This document shows, one piece after another, positions 14,001-24,872 of a DNA stretch of 64,000 bases. Each line of letters begins with the position of its first letter. Position 1 is the first letter of the stretch. The notes beneath the pieces are model-generated. The model had not been told where the DNA came from and did no database searches. It was given only the letters and a program-made list of their open reading frames with translations. A program made the position numbers and the translations under genes. This DNA comes from Anthoceros angustus (taxonomy: Eukaryota; Plantae; Anthocerotophyta), in NCBI GenBank assembly GCA_010909165.1, contig MU008195.1, forward strand, positions 248,001-312,000. Direction: 5' to 3'.

Positions 14001-17000
14001 CATCCCCTTGGAAGTGGAAGAAATCGATTACTCCGAAACCCGTTTCACAACACGCTGTTGGGCCCCATCCCTGAAACAGAGAAAAGGGAGGACACCCGCG
14101 CACTGGAGCAGCACGCCGTTTCCTGGGAGAAGAATGAGGCCCGACTCACTGAACTTGGTGCCCAGTATGCGAACATCAGCCCTGGCAGTATGGCGGGAGC
14201 ATCATATCTGGACATGATCAAGGCGGCTGTCGAATTCAAGCTGATTCTGCACCGCGAAATTATCCGAGCGGCTCCAAAGGCGAGGACTCTGTTCCAAATG
14301 GACATGAAGGTTGAGGTGGACCGGCGCCTGAAGGAGCTCACGCCGGTGTGTGGACAAGATCACGGATCGGTGATGCGCGGGTGGCGGGCATGGCGAAGAA
14401 GAGAACCCCCGGGTTCGCGGATAAAATGGGAAGGCTGCGAGAGGCGCCGGGTTCCTTGCTGCGGCGCTTGCTGCGCACCGGGAGTACCTTGTAGTGGTGG
14501 ATCGGGAGTGGCTTGTGAGCGTGCTTGGAAATGTGGACAACCTGCTCCATGCGCTGCGGCATGCGGGAGCTTGATTTTGCGGGGAGGCGCCGAACAACAT
14601 CTCGATGTCAATCTTCGTGGCCTGTTCCATTCAAACTTTGCTACTGTCTAATTTGCTTCCATTGCGAATTAAGTCCCAACGATGCGTTTATGCATGTTCG
14701 TTGCATGGTAGAGCAAAAGGGAAATCATTTCCCTGCAAAACAACGCAAATCGCACTCACGGCTTGTGAGGCCAAGGTTCAATGGCACTCAGTCTTTGCGA
14801 GGCAAACCTCCAATTGCAAGCAACGTGCCTTCTCTTATTTCTCGGGAAATGACCAATTGTCCTGCCCATCGAGGACACGCTAAAGCACAGGGTCTGCAAG
14901 CATAAGAAACCACTAGCTGCTCTGTTTTCGGCTTGCCAATACCCGGCCTGCATTGAGCATCCAGGCGCTTCACACTAGCTTGGCACAACACGAGCCAATA
15001 ATTCTTGGAAGGTCCCGGACGTGGACGGAGGGGCCGTTTCGGTAACGAGGGCCATTAGGCTTGTTCCCGGTGTAAGCTGTATGTGCAGGGTATCAGACAA
15101 GCCACGCGGTGTGGTTCGCCATGGGGCGAGATGACCGAATGTGGCAGCGCGCATCACAACTGAAACCAAACCTCGCATGGCGGCGCCCCTCCCGATCGGA
15201 CGCCCACGTTTTGTATGCCATGGAGCCGTGCAATGGGATTACCGATCGGGATGCGCGAAGTGGATATCCCCCGCGATCCGGACAGAGAGGTCAAGTGTTC
15301 GAAGCCGCCAAAGCTCATAAGTTGTTTCTTAAAGCAAAGTGGGTTCACTTGCACACCTGCGCGCGGAACAAGAAACTACTTTATCACTGTGGGTGATGGA
15401 GTGGTTCACCGCTAGGCCGCTGTGGGGAGGTTGCGTTCGAGCACCGGGCAAATGGTATACTGCATCTCAAGGCACAACACGAGCCAATAATTCTTGGAAG
15501 GTCCGGGGCGTGGGCGGAGGGGCGTTCGATAACGAGGCCATTAGGCTTGTTCCGGTGTGTATGTGCGGTGTATCGGACAAGCCGCGGTGGTTCGCCATGG
15601 GGCGAGATGACCGAATGTGGCGTGCATCACTGAAACCAAACCTCGCATGGCGCCCCCTCCGATCGGACGCCCGTTTTGTATGCCATGGAGCCGTGCAATG
15701 GGATTACCGATCGGGATCTGTGATGGATCGGGAGTGGCTTGTGAGCGTGCTTGGAAATGTGGACAACCCGCTCCATGCGCCGCGCATGCGGGAGCTTGAT
15801 TTTGGGAGGCGCTCAAAACAACATCTCGATGTCAATCGTGGGCCTGCTCCATTCAAACTTTGCTATCGCCTAATTTGCTTCCATTGCAATTAAGTCCCAA
15901 TGATGCGTTTATGCATGTTCGCTGCATTGTAGAGCAAAAGGAAATCATTTCCGCAAAACAACGCAAATCGCACTCACGGCTTGTGAGGCCAAGGTTCAAT
16001 GGCACTCGGTCTCTGCGAGGCAAACCTCCAATTGCAAGCAACGTGCCTTCACTTATTTCTGAAATGACCAATTGTCCCGCCCATCGAGGACACGCTAAAG
16101 CATGTGGTCCTGCAAGCATAAGAAACCACTAGCTGCTCTGTTTTCGGCTTGCCAATACCCAGCCTGCATTGAGCATCCAGGCGCTTCACACTAGCTTGGC
16201 ACAACACGAGCCAATAATTCTTGGAAGGTCCCGGACGTGGACGGAGGGGCCGTTGTTTTAGACCATTAGGCTTGTTCCCGGTGTAAGCTGTATGTGCAGG
16301 GTATCAGACAAGCCACGCGGTGTGGTTCGCCATGGGGCGAGATGACCGAATGTGGCGCATCACAATCGAAACCAAACCTCGATGAGGCGCGCCCGACGGA
16401 CCCCACGTTTTGTATGCCATGGAGCCGTGCAATGGGATTACCGATCGGGATGCGCGAAGTGGATATCCCCCGCGATCCGGACAGAGAGGTCAAGTGTTCG
16501 AAGCCGCCAAAGCTCATAAGTTGTTTCTTAAAGCAAAGTGGGTTCACTTGCACACCTGCGCGCGGAACAAGAAACTACTTTATCACTGTGGGTGATGGAG
16601 TGGTTCACCGCTAGGCCGTTGTGGGGGAGGTTGCAGGTTCGAGCACCGCAACAAGATACTCAAGGCACAACATATCATGGTACAGCATTTGACGTGGCTT
16701 AAGGGCACATAGGGGACACGCATAAGGCGGCTACGCGGCGAACAAGGAGATGACACAATCGGCGTGCCGGCTTTGGGTTAATTAACCGGGCACCATAGAG
16801 CACCCTTGCCCACACACCCTGAGCGTAAACGTGATTTTGTAACGCCTTTCCGCATCGTGAACGGGAATGTTACCCGACCGCTACTAAACCCCTTTCCGTT
16901 AGTGGCTGGTTAGTATTGCAACCTCGAAGAACGAGCACCCCGCACAGGAAGAGCCAGCCAGACGTGAACGCGATCGATCCATGATGTCGAGGAGGTGACA

Positions 17001-20000
17001 GCGAGACAGATGGAATGGCCTGACGGAGTGCGCGCGGCAGCTGCCCTGCGGCTCACATCGCACGGAACAAGACCACACCGCGATCGACCGCATCGAGCCC
17101 GCGAGTTTGTCCGCCAGCGATTGCCTTAGCCTGATAGCACCGTCACCGCCTTTCTCCTGCACCCTCACCACACAGCTATCCTCCAAGTCTAAGGTTAGTT
17201 GGACTTGCATAGGGCCTCTCATCATCAGGAGGTCTCAACATCCTTCTCTCAACAGTCACACCACATTGCCTGAGTACATTGCGTCGTTGTGCCATCTCAT
17301 TCTTCCTCGCCACACCAAAAATGCTTACAAAAGTAAGTTTGAGCATGGAGTGTGGCTTGAGGATTATGAAAAATTGGAGATGGCACAACAACGACTAGCA
17401 GCTCATCTTCACAACAAGATACTCAAGGCAACTAATGAATTATTGCGGCTTGCTGAGAGAAGGATGTTGGGACCTCATGATGATGATAGAGAGGCCCTTA
17501 TGCAAGTCCAACCAGAACCTTAGACTTGGAGGATGCCCCAAGCAACATGGGTGATGGAGTGGTTCACCGCTAGGCCGCTGTGGGGAGGTTGCGTTCGAGC
17601 ACCGCAACAAGATCTCGCATCTCCACAAGACAACACATGACATGTCGCCTGCACGACGTGGCTTAAGGGCACATAGGGACACGCCGCGGCTAAGGCGGCG
17701 TACGCGGGCGAGGAGATGACATCAAACCGCGTGCCGGCTTAAGTTAATTAACCGGGCACCATAGAGCACCCTTGCCCACACACCCTATGAGCCGTAAACG
17801 TGGGATTTTGTAACGCCTTTCCGCATCGTGAACGGGAATGTTACCCGACCGCTACTAAACCCCTTTCCGTTAGTGGCTGGTTAGTATTGCAACCTCGAAG
17901 AACGAGCACCCCGCACAGGAAGAGCCAGCCAGACGTGAACGCGATCGATCCATGATGTCGAGGAGGTGACAGCGAGACAGATGGAATGGCCTGACGGAGT
18001 GCGCGCGGCAGCTGCCCTGCGGCTCACATCGCACGGAACAAGACCACACCGCGATCGACCGCATCGAGCCCGCGAGTTTGTCCGCCAGCGATTGCCTTAG
18101 CCTGATAGCACCGTCACCGCCTTTCTCCTGCACCCTCACCACACAGCTATCCTCCAGTTCCTGGTTGACTGAGCGGGCTCTCATCATCAGGAGGTCTCAA
18201 CATCCTTCTCTCAACAGTCACACCACATTGCCTGAGTACATTGCGTCGTTGTGCCATCTCACCTTCATGGTCTTCGCCACACCAAAAATGCTTACAAAAG
18301 TAAGTTTGAGCATGGAGTGTGGCTTGAGGATTGCGAAAATTGGAGATGGCACAACAACGACTAGCAAGTACTTCATCTTCACAACAAGATACTCAAGGCA
18401 ACTAATGAATTATTGGCTCATCGAGAGAAGGATGTTGGGACCTCATGATGATGATAGAGAGGCCCTTATGCAAGTCCAACCAGAACCTTAGACTTGGAGG
18501 ATGCCCCAAGCAACATGGGTGAAGGAATTTCGTACCAGAGGGGAGCGAGTGAAGCGCTGATTGCTTATCAAGCCTAAGACAATCTTCGCGAACAAACTTC
18601 ACTTGGGCTCCAGTACCTGGTCCGTCCGCCATCCATTCTTGGTCTTGGTCTTTATTCCTCCGTGCATGAGTATGAAGGCCACCTTAGGAAGGTCTGTTGT
18701 TGTTGCACGTTTTCCTCTACTTGATCCTTCCATCAAGGTGATTCCACTATCTTCACTGTCTGGCCTGCCATACACTTGCCGTATACTCCTCACCATCCAG
18801 CATCATGGATCCGTCTCGTGCGTTCCTGTCTGGCAAGGCAACCAATTCTTCCTCTATTTGATGCAGGTTAGCAAAACATTCTTCAATTAACTCGAGGTTG
18901 GTATAAGACCAGTGCCTCCCATACACCCACTCCAGCTAGATGTTCTCCTCTGCTGCCCAGGGCCTAAAATCTGCAAGGTCCCTCGAGGACAGTTGACTTG
19001 CATAGCACGTGAATTGTGGCATGTCGAACTTCTATTTTCCGAGGGTCGCCTGTACCTCTTGCCTTAGACTTTTTATCCTTCCCTGTGCCATCTCCCCTGG
19101 TAGACGCCCCATCTTTGGCAGCCACCTCCTTGCCCTTGATCGTGGTTGGCTTAGTCATGGCTTCCTTGGTGAGTTCCTACACGAAATTGAGGAAAAGGGA
19201 TGCTTCGCCTGCAATTCCTGCACCACTTGCCAGCTTCCTACCACGGTAGGCGTTTTTCCTTCTCAACAACTCGCACCTGCTCACCTTGCCTAGGACCTTG
19301 CTCTTGTCCTCAAGCACTTAGCCCTTACACCTTGGCTCTTCCAACCCCAACTCCTCTTGTTGTGAGTTTCAAGAGAAATCCTGCATTAACTACCCCACAG
19401 ACTCTTATACTGGCCACAGCAATTTGGCAGCTCTCCCTTCACGATTTCCTTGCAATCCTGCCACGCTCCACCCTCCTGGGCACCCTCATGAGCTTGGCAA
19501 GTGTTGGGTTTCGCCACAACCTTCCTCTTCGTCCTCTTCTTCTCCTTTTCTTCCTGCTCTTCCTCTTGGCCGCTGCTTTCCTCCTTGTCGCTCACGCCTC
19601 CTTCTCCAGCCTCAAGACAAAGTGTGTACGGCAGGATGTTGTCTTGGGGCCTTGTGACCCCCGCGATGAGGCGACGCCTCAGGTGGACTGCCTCGGTTTC
19701 CGAGGTCTCAGACACCGCAAATACTTTTATAGATCACCCAAGTTTAGAAGAAGTAACTACCATTCTACCACCCTTGGATGTGTGCCACGTGGCACCTTTC
19801 CCACCTAGTTTCCTATTTCCCTTATACTAAAATACCATTTTCCCTTATTTTCCTATTTCCTATTTACTGAAAATTAGCCTCAAATCTCCTCATTACCTAT
19901 TTTGGCCTATTTATCTAGTCCACTAAAGGACCCTATATATAGCAAGCCTATCCTGCCTCCTAAGACATAGGCTTCCTTCCTTAGCAACCCATTTCCCACC

Positions 20001-20240
20001 GTGATAGGACACCCTCCTACCATGGTAGGAGTTTTTCCTCTTTTCCTACCACTACCGTAGTCTCTCCTACCCTTCTCCTACCATGGTAGGAGCTATTCCT
20101 ACACTGATAGGTGATCAAAGCACTAGCAAGGTCATTGGATATGCCAAAATTTACATGCTTTGCAGGTCAAGTATCTTCAAGGTTGCATATCATACACCAT
20201 CTACCACGGTAGGAGAAAAGACCCAAGGTTGCTCGCCAGC

Positions 20241-20600
20241 AAGACGGAATGAGGCTAGAAATGAGCCGGCCAGACGTGGCAAGACGGGTTGAAGATAGAA
20301 ATCAGCCGGCCAGACGCGGCAAGACGGGTTGAAGCTAGAAATCAGCCGGCCAGACGCGGCAAGACGGGCTGAAGCTAGAAATCAGCCGGCCAGACGCGGC
20401 AAGACGGGCTGAAGCTAGAAATCTGCCGGCCAGACGCGGCAAGACGGGCTGAAGTTAGAAATCTGCCGGCCAGACGCGGCAAGACGGGTTGAAGCTAGAA
20501 ATCTGCCGGCCAGACGCGACAAGACGGGCTGAAGCTAGAAATCTGCCGGCCAGACGCGGCAAGACGGGCTGAAGCTAAAGATCTGCTAGCCACACGCGGG
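20241..20600. repeat. 40-bp minisatellite, about 9 units (AAGACGGGYTGAAGCTAGAAATCWGCCGGCCAGACGCGGC)
   Basis: Units start exactly every 40 nt from 20241 to 20561, with no spacers. Confidence 0.95.
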
Positions 20601-21733
20601 GCCCGTCATCTGTATACCTGGTGAGCCATGCCCTCTACCTCTCCCTCCTCTCAATACCCGATGGCCATGAATATTGGCTCGTACGACTGGGAATGCCACA
20701 CCTTCCGTGCCGTCAGGACACCGGGATGGACGGAGAAGCAGAAGCACGGAACTTCCGCGCGGCTTTCGGGTAAACCCTAATTAGTACATGGTTCCTGGTT
20801 TTCGCACAGAGTTTATCTCCATAAGCAAGAGAAGGGAGAGGAAGCCGGCAAAAAATTTCTAGCAAAAAATTTTTAGCGAGGAGTTGTCTCCATGAGGAAG
20901 AGAAGGGAGAGAGCCGGCAAAACATTTCTAGCGAGAACCTTATCTGAGACCTAAACCACTGCCAAGACGCTCAACCGCAAGATTTCTATGAGGACTGGGG
21001 TATCTACCATAGATAGAGGACACCTTTCGATGAGGACTGGGCTTTCTACTATCGATAGAGAACACCATAAAATTCACGCATCTCGACTTGTATATCACTT
21101 GTTGGCCGATGCCCCCTGCCCCCGCCTTATTGCTAATGTGTTTTGACATTGTCTTGCTGTATGAGTTGTGGTTGCGTTCCGTCTTCTCATTATTGCTGTG
21201 TAATGGCAACGATCAAAGCATGCGGCCCTCATTCGCGCAGTTCATGTACGCGCTAAAGCCTTTCCAAAGGCCCATTCTTGCGACTCAACCTGACTCCCTA
21301 AGACACACTCCAACAGCTAGTCTGCTTCAGAAACCGCCGCAGCAACAACTACCTCTGCAGCAGCCAGCTGCCAGGGCACGGTCTGCCAGACAAGATGTGG
21401 ACAGCAGAGTGTTCCCTGGTCAGATGTTGTTGCACAACAGATTGGATGCTGAAGAGATTAGTCTCCTCTTCAAGCTCGAGAAAATTTTCTAACACCTTCT
21501 CGTGAAGTACATCATGATCTGTGATTTTAGTACTGTCACCACGCACCCTGACTGCTGCAACTTGTAAACAAAATTGGTTCGCACGATTGCATGTACTCAG
21601 GTCCTGAGTTGGTGGCGGGTCCTTGGGGCATAGAGCTATCAATTGCAATGTACTAAGGTTCTGTGTTGGGCATAATGCGATCAGAAAGGTACACTTCCAC
21701 TGTTGACCTACTAGGTCACACTACGTTTACTTA

Positions 21734-23530
21734 TCAAACAGACCCACAGGAGCAGACGCCATCCACAAAATGATGCACACGATGTGCATCCCTTACTATG
21801 ATCTCCCGCCTCTCATATCTAGACATGGCCTTGGTACCGTTGTGGCAGTCACTGCACATCCGAAGGTTCTTGGTAACCCGCAGCGTTGTGCCATCGGGAG
21901 TGTTCAGTAAACCATAGGCAAGAGCGAGTTTTTCAGCATGTCCGCACAATGCACTTTCCCTTTCACTCGAATCTGGCTCCATGAGGCATTCCTCCATCTG
22001 CACATTGATGCTCGTCAGCTTGCACGAAGTATCATCCCTCTCTTCGCCCACAACGAAGGAGTGCACTTTGCTGTTCACTTCAATCCAGGCCCTTGCAGGC
22101 TTCTTACAAGCTCCTGCACACTTTCTCAGCATTTCTATTCTGTTCGCATCCCCCCACAAGCCCGCATTCGCATACATACTTCCCAGCAGCAGATATGCAC
22201 TAGCATTTTGAGGCTCTTGTTCAATCAAGCGCTCAAAACAGCGCCTACCGCGCTCTATGTCACCAAAGCTGTTGCACGAGCTGAGCAAGGATGTCCACCC
22301 CACACTATCGCTCTCAATTGGCATGGTTAGCAGAAAGCTCTCTGCCTCTTGCAGGCAGCCTGAGCGCCCAAGAAGATCTACCATGCAAGTGTAGTGTTGT
22401 GCAGAGGGTGGGATACAATACTCTTCCACCATAGTTTTGAAAATTTGTTTGCCCTCATTCACCAAACCCTCTTGACTGCAAGCCATAAGAAGGCAAGTGA
22501 ATGTGGCATCGTTAGGCGCCACCCCATGTAACTGCATCTCTTGGAAGCAGTCTAACGCTAGTTTGCCACGATTATGTTGGGCATAGCCATGAAGAAGGGC
22601 AGTCCATGCCACAACATCTCTGGTGGGCAAGCTGTCAAACACTTTGCGAGCATCATCTAAACTCCCACATTTTGCATACATGTTCACCAGGCTACTCCCA
22701 ACAAGCACATCACCTTCAAGCCCAATTTTTTCGATGTTCGCATGAAGCTGCTTTCCCTGGCACAATGCTCCGACACTGGCACATGCATTCAGCAGGCACA
22801 AGATAGTAACGTGATTCCCTACGTTGATGCCTTGATCCTGCATACCTGAATACAAATCAAGAGCCTCTTCACCAAGCCCTTGCCGAGCATACCCTGCAAG
22901 CATAGCATTCCAAGTCACCACATCCCGGATTGCCAGGCTGTCAAAGACTCTGCGAGCCTCATTTAAGCTTCCACATTTTGCATACATGTCCACCAAGCAG
23001 TTGCCAACAAACAAATTGAGCTCGGTAGCAAGCCCCAAAGCATCAGCATGGACCTTCTTGCCACCTGCCAAATCCAATGCCGTGGCACACGCTTTAAGGA
23101 CAGCAACAAATACATGGTTGTCTGGCTTCACACTAGACTGTCGCATCTGTTCGTACAGCTTAATAGCCTGAGAAGGGAATCCATGATCAACATGTGACAA
23201 GATGATGGACGCCCACATGAATTTGTCTGGTGCAGCCAGTTTGCTAAAAACATGTGTTGCTTCCTCCAGCTTCCCATGAGAAGCATACATGCAGATGATG
23301 TGGTTAGCTAAGAATTTATTACATTCATACCCACTTGCAAGAGTAAGAGAATGAACACGCTTGCCAAAACCCACAATCTTGCACTCAGTGCACCTTTTGA
23401 GGACATAATACAAGAGTGATGCAGGGACATACACTCCTAGCTGCACCAGGAGGTCCAACTCTTGCATGACCTCACCCAGCTGTCCCTCGTCACTTGCAAA
23501 CTCGTAGGGCCCTTGTTGAACTCCCCACTC
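21734..23530 (-). CDS. PLS-class PPR protein with E1/E2 and DYW:KP-type deaminase-like domain (putative U-to-C RNA-editing factor); terminal exon of a CRL-PPR chimeric gene
   Basis: 577-aa ORF with ~11 P/L/S motifs (e.g. VVTWNAMLAGYARQG, LVDMYAKCGSLNEARRVFD), E1/E2, then KPARAWIEVNSKVHSF, HAEKLALAYGLLNTP..KNLRMCSDCH..HHFVDGVCSCGSV. The frame is open 21 codons further upstream (EWGVQQGPYEFASDEGQLGEV) to a TTTCTAG acceptor at 23531. Confidence 0.93.
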   Translation of the reverse strand, partial: EWGVQQGPYEFASDEGQLGEVMQELDLLVQLGVYVPASLLYYVLKRCTECKIVGFGKRVHSLTLASGYECNKFLANHIICMYASHGKLEEATHVFSKLAAPDKFMWASIILSHVDHGFPSQAIKLYEQMRQSSVKPDNHVFVAVLKACATALDLAGGKKVHADALGLATELNLFVGNCLVDMYAKCGSLNEARRVFDSLAIRDVVTWNAMLAGYARQGLGEEALDLYSGMQDQGINVGNHVTILCLLNACASVGALCQGKQLHANIEKIGLEGDVLVGSSLVNMYAKCGSLDDARKVFDSLPTRDVVAWTALLHGYAQHNRGKLALDCFQEMQLHGVAPNDATFTCLLMACSQEGLVNEGKQIFKTMVEEYCIPPSAQHYTCMVDLLGRSGCLQEAESFLLTMPIESDSVGWTSLLSSCNSFGDIERGRRCFERLIEQEPQNASAYLLLGSMYANAGLWGDANRIEMLRKCAGACKKPARAWIEVNSKVHSFVVGEERDDTSCKLTSINVQMEECLMEPDSSERESALCGHAEKLALAYGLLNTPDGTTLRVTKNLRMCSDCHNGTKAMSRYERREIIVRDAHRVHHFVDGVCSCGSV

Positions 23531-23685
23531 CTAGAAATCACAAGAAGCCAGGCCAGACGTCAAACACTTGTGACAGACAATTACAAATGAACAAGGACTC
23601 ACACGGACACTTCAGATGAAGTTTCCAAATGCGATTGCCTTCTGTACAGAAAGGTAAAACTTAGATCTTGGCAAATGGTTGATAC

Positions 23686-24787
23686 CTGCTGATAGGGCCG
23701 GTCAGGTGATCTCCAAAAGGCCTGGAACGTGGGTGCCACAGGGAGTATGAATCATGGCAAACTGCATACAACCCAGCTCATAAAAAACTCTAACAAAATA
23801 ACGATCACTGAGATGCAGATACAGAGAAGCACATATCGCAGACTCTGCACTGCAGATGTTACAAGATCTCATTGTCACCTGTTCTAAGTACAAAACTCTG
23901 GCTCCATCAGCAAGGACAGGTGCTGGACAAGTGAGTAACCTGCAAGTTAGTGGTTAGGTTGAGAACCAAAGTTCTGAAAATATATTCTGCACTGACAGGT
24001 GTCACTTGCTCCAACTGAAGCACAATAGATTATGTAAACTACCAGCTAGCAAGTACGTGAAAGTCAAAAAAGACAGAAAACGGTGACACATGCTTACCGA
24101 ACATTGAAATAAGTCATTGGAGCCCGAGCAGCCTGACCCGGAGAAAACTGCAAGCCAAAGCGCGACGGCACAGGTAAGCTGGCATAGACCTCATTTAACC
24201 TTCAAAGAACGACCCTCCGACCAGCAGAAAAACATGATGGCTCGACACAATGTTAAAGCTCTCGGCATCTCCAATCACATGCTCACGAGACAGCTAAATT
24301 GGACACAAATTTAGGCGTAGATTTGTCTACGCCTAAATCCAATGACTCCCTAACCCTGTGAGCAGACCACATTTCACTTTAGAGAAAAAGGGATGATTGC
24401 AGGTACCTCCGCAAAATGCTTCCCCATTTTGAACGAGCTTGAGTGTAAACCTAACGTACAATCGGAGCGCAGAACGGATGTCCAGGACGCCCCGAGCTTG
24501 CATTCGATACTACACGATGAAGCACCGGGAGCCCCAGCACCATCCAAGCAGATTGATGACATATTCGGCCATAAAGGCCAGGAAACACGGATGTGCTCCC
24601 ACCGGGAGGTGATTTTGGTGAGCCTACGGATCAGAAACGCGCCACCTAAGAGGCACACAGCCTTGACCACTAAACTGCGTACCATACGCCCGCTGTTGTG
24701 GTGGAGCGGGCCTCCACCTCCGACATCCCCCGACGGACCGCCTTCAAGACTGCCAGTGCCGGACGGCGTAGGCCTGTCACAGACCAT
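23686..24787 (-). CDS. CRL-derived 5' exons of the chimeric gene: exon 1 from ATG 24787; 24147-24098; 23939-23879; 23721-23686
   Basis: Exons read MVCDRPTPSG..RSLVVKAVCLLGGAFLIRRLTKITSRWEH / FSPGQAARAPMTYFNVR / LLTCPAPVLADGARVLYLEQ / AFWRSPDRPYQQ. Exons 2-4 have the same lengths (50, 61, 36 nt) and GT-AG borders as CRL exons 2-4 at 36730-37204. The exon 1 donor is uncertain. Confidence 0.7.
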
Positions 24788-24872
24788 CTTGGCGCATCTG
24801 ATGGCAGCTGCTCGCAACCTGGATCCTACTACCGCAGCTACAATGTCCAGCCCCCTCTTACATTCCTGGCCG

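Larger units (their letters stand above)
1..18520. repeat. Staggered, near-identical 0.1-2 kb direct duplications
   Basis: Approximate pairs: 1-110/1079-1190; 3990-5600/5600-7140; 5125-5590/7205-7690; 8255-10000/10088-11760; 9585-10000/12640-13090; 12075-12625/13252-13757; 14500-15050/15725-16250; 15050-15440/16262-16650; 16590-17550/17550-18520. Copies differ mostly by small indels. Confidence 0.85.

Noticed and set aside
20241-20600. Regular repeat array as CRISPR
   Set aside because: Units are contiguous with no unique spacers, there are no cas genes, and the context is eukaryotic.
21088-21648. Short ORFs downstream of the PPR stop
   Set aside because: No recognisable domain or consistent exon structure, so they cannot be supported as a gene.
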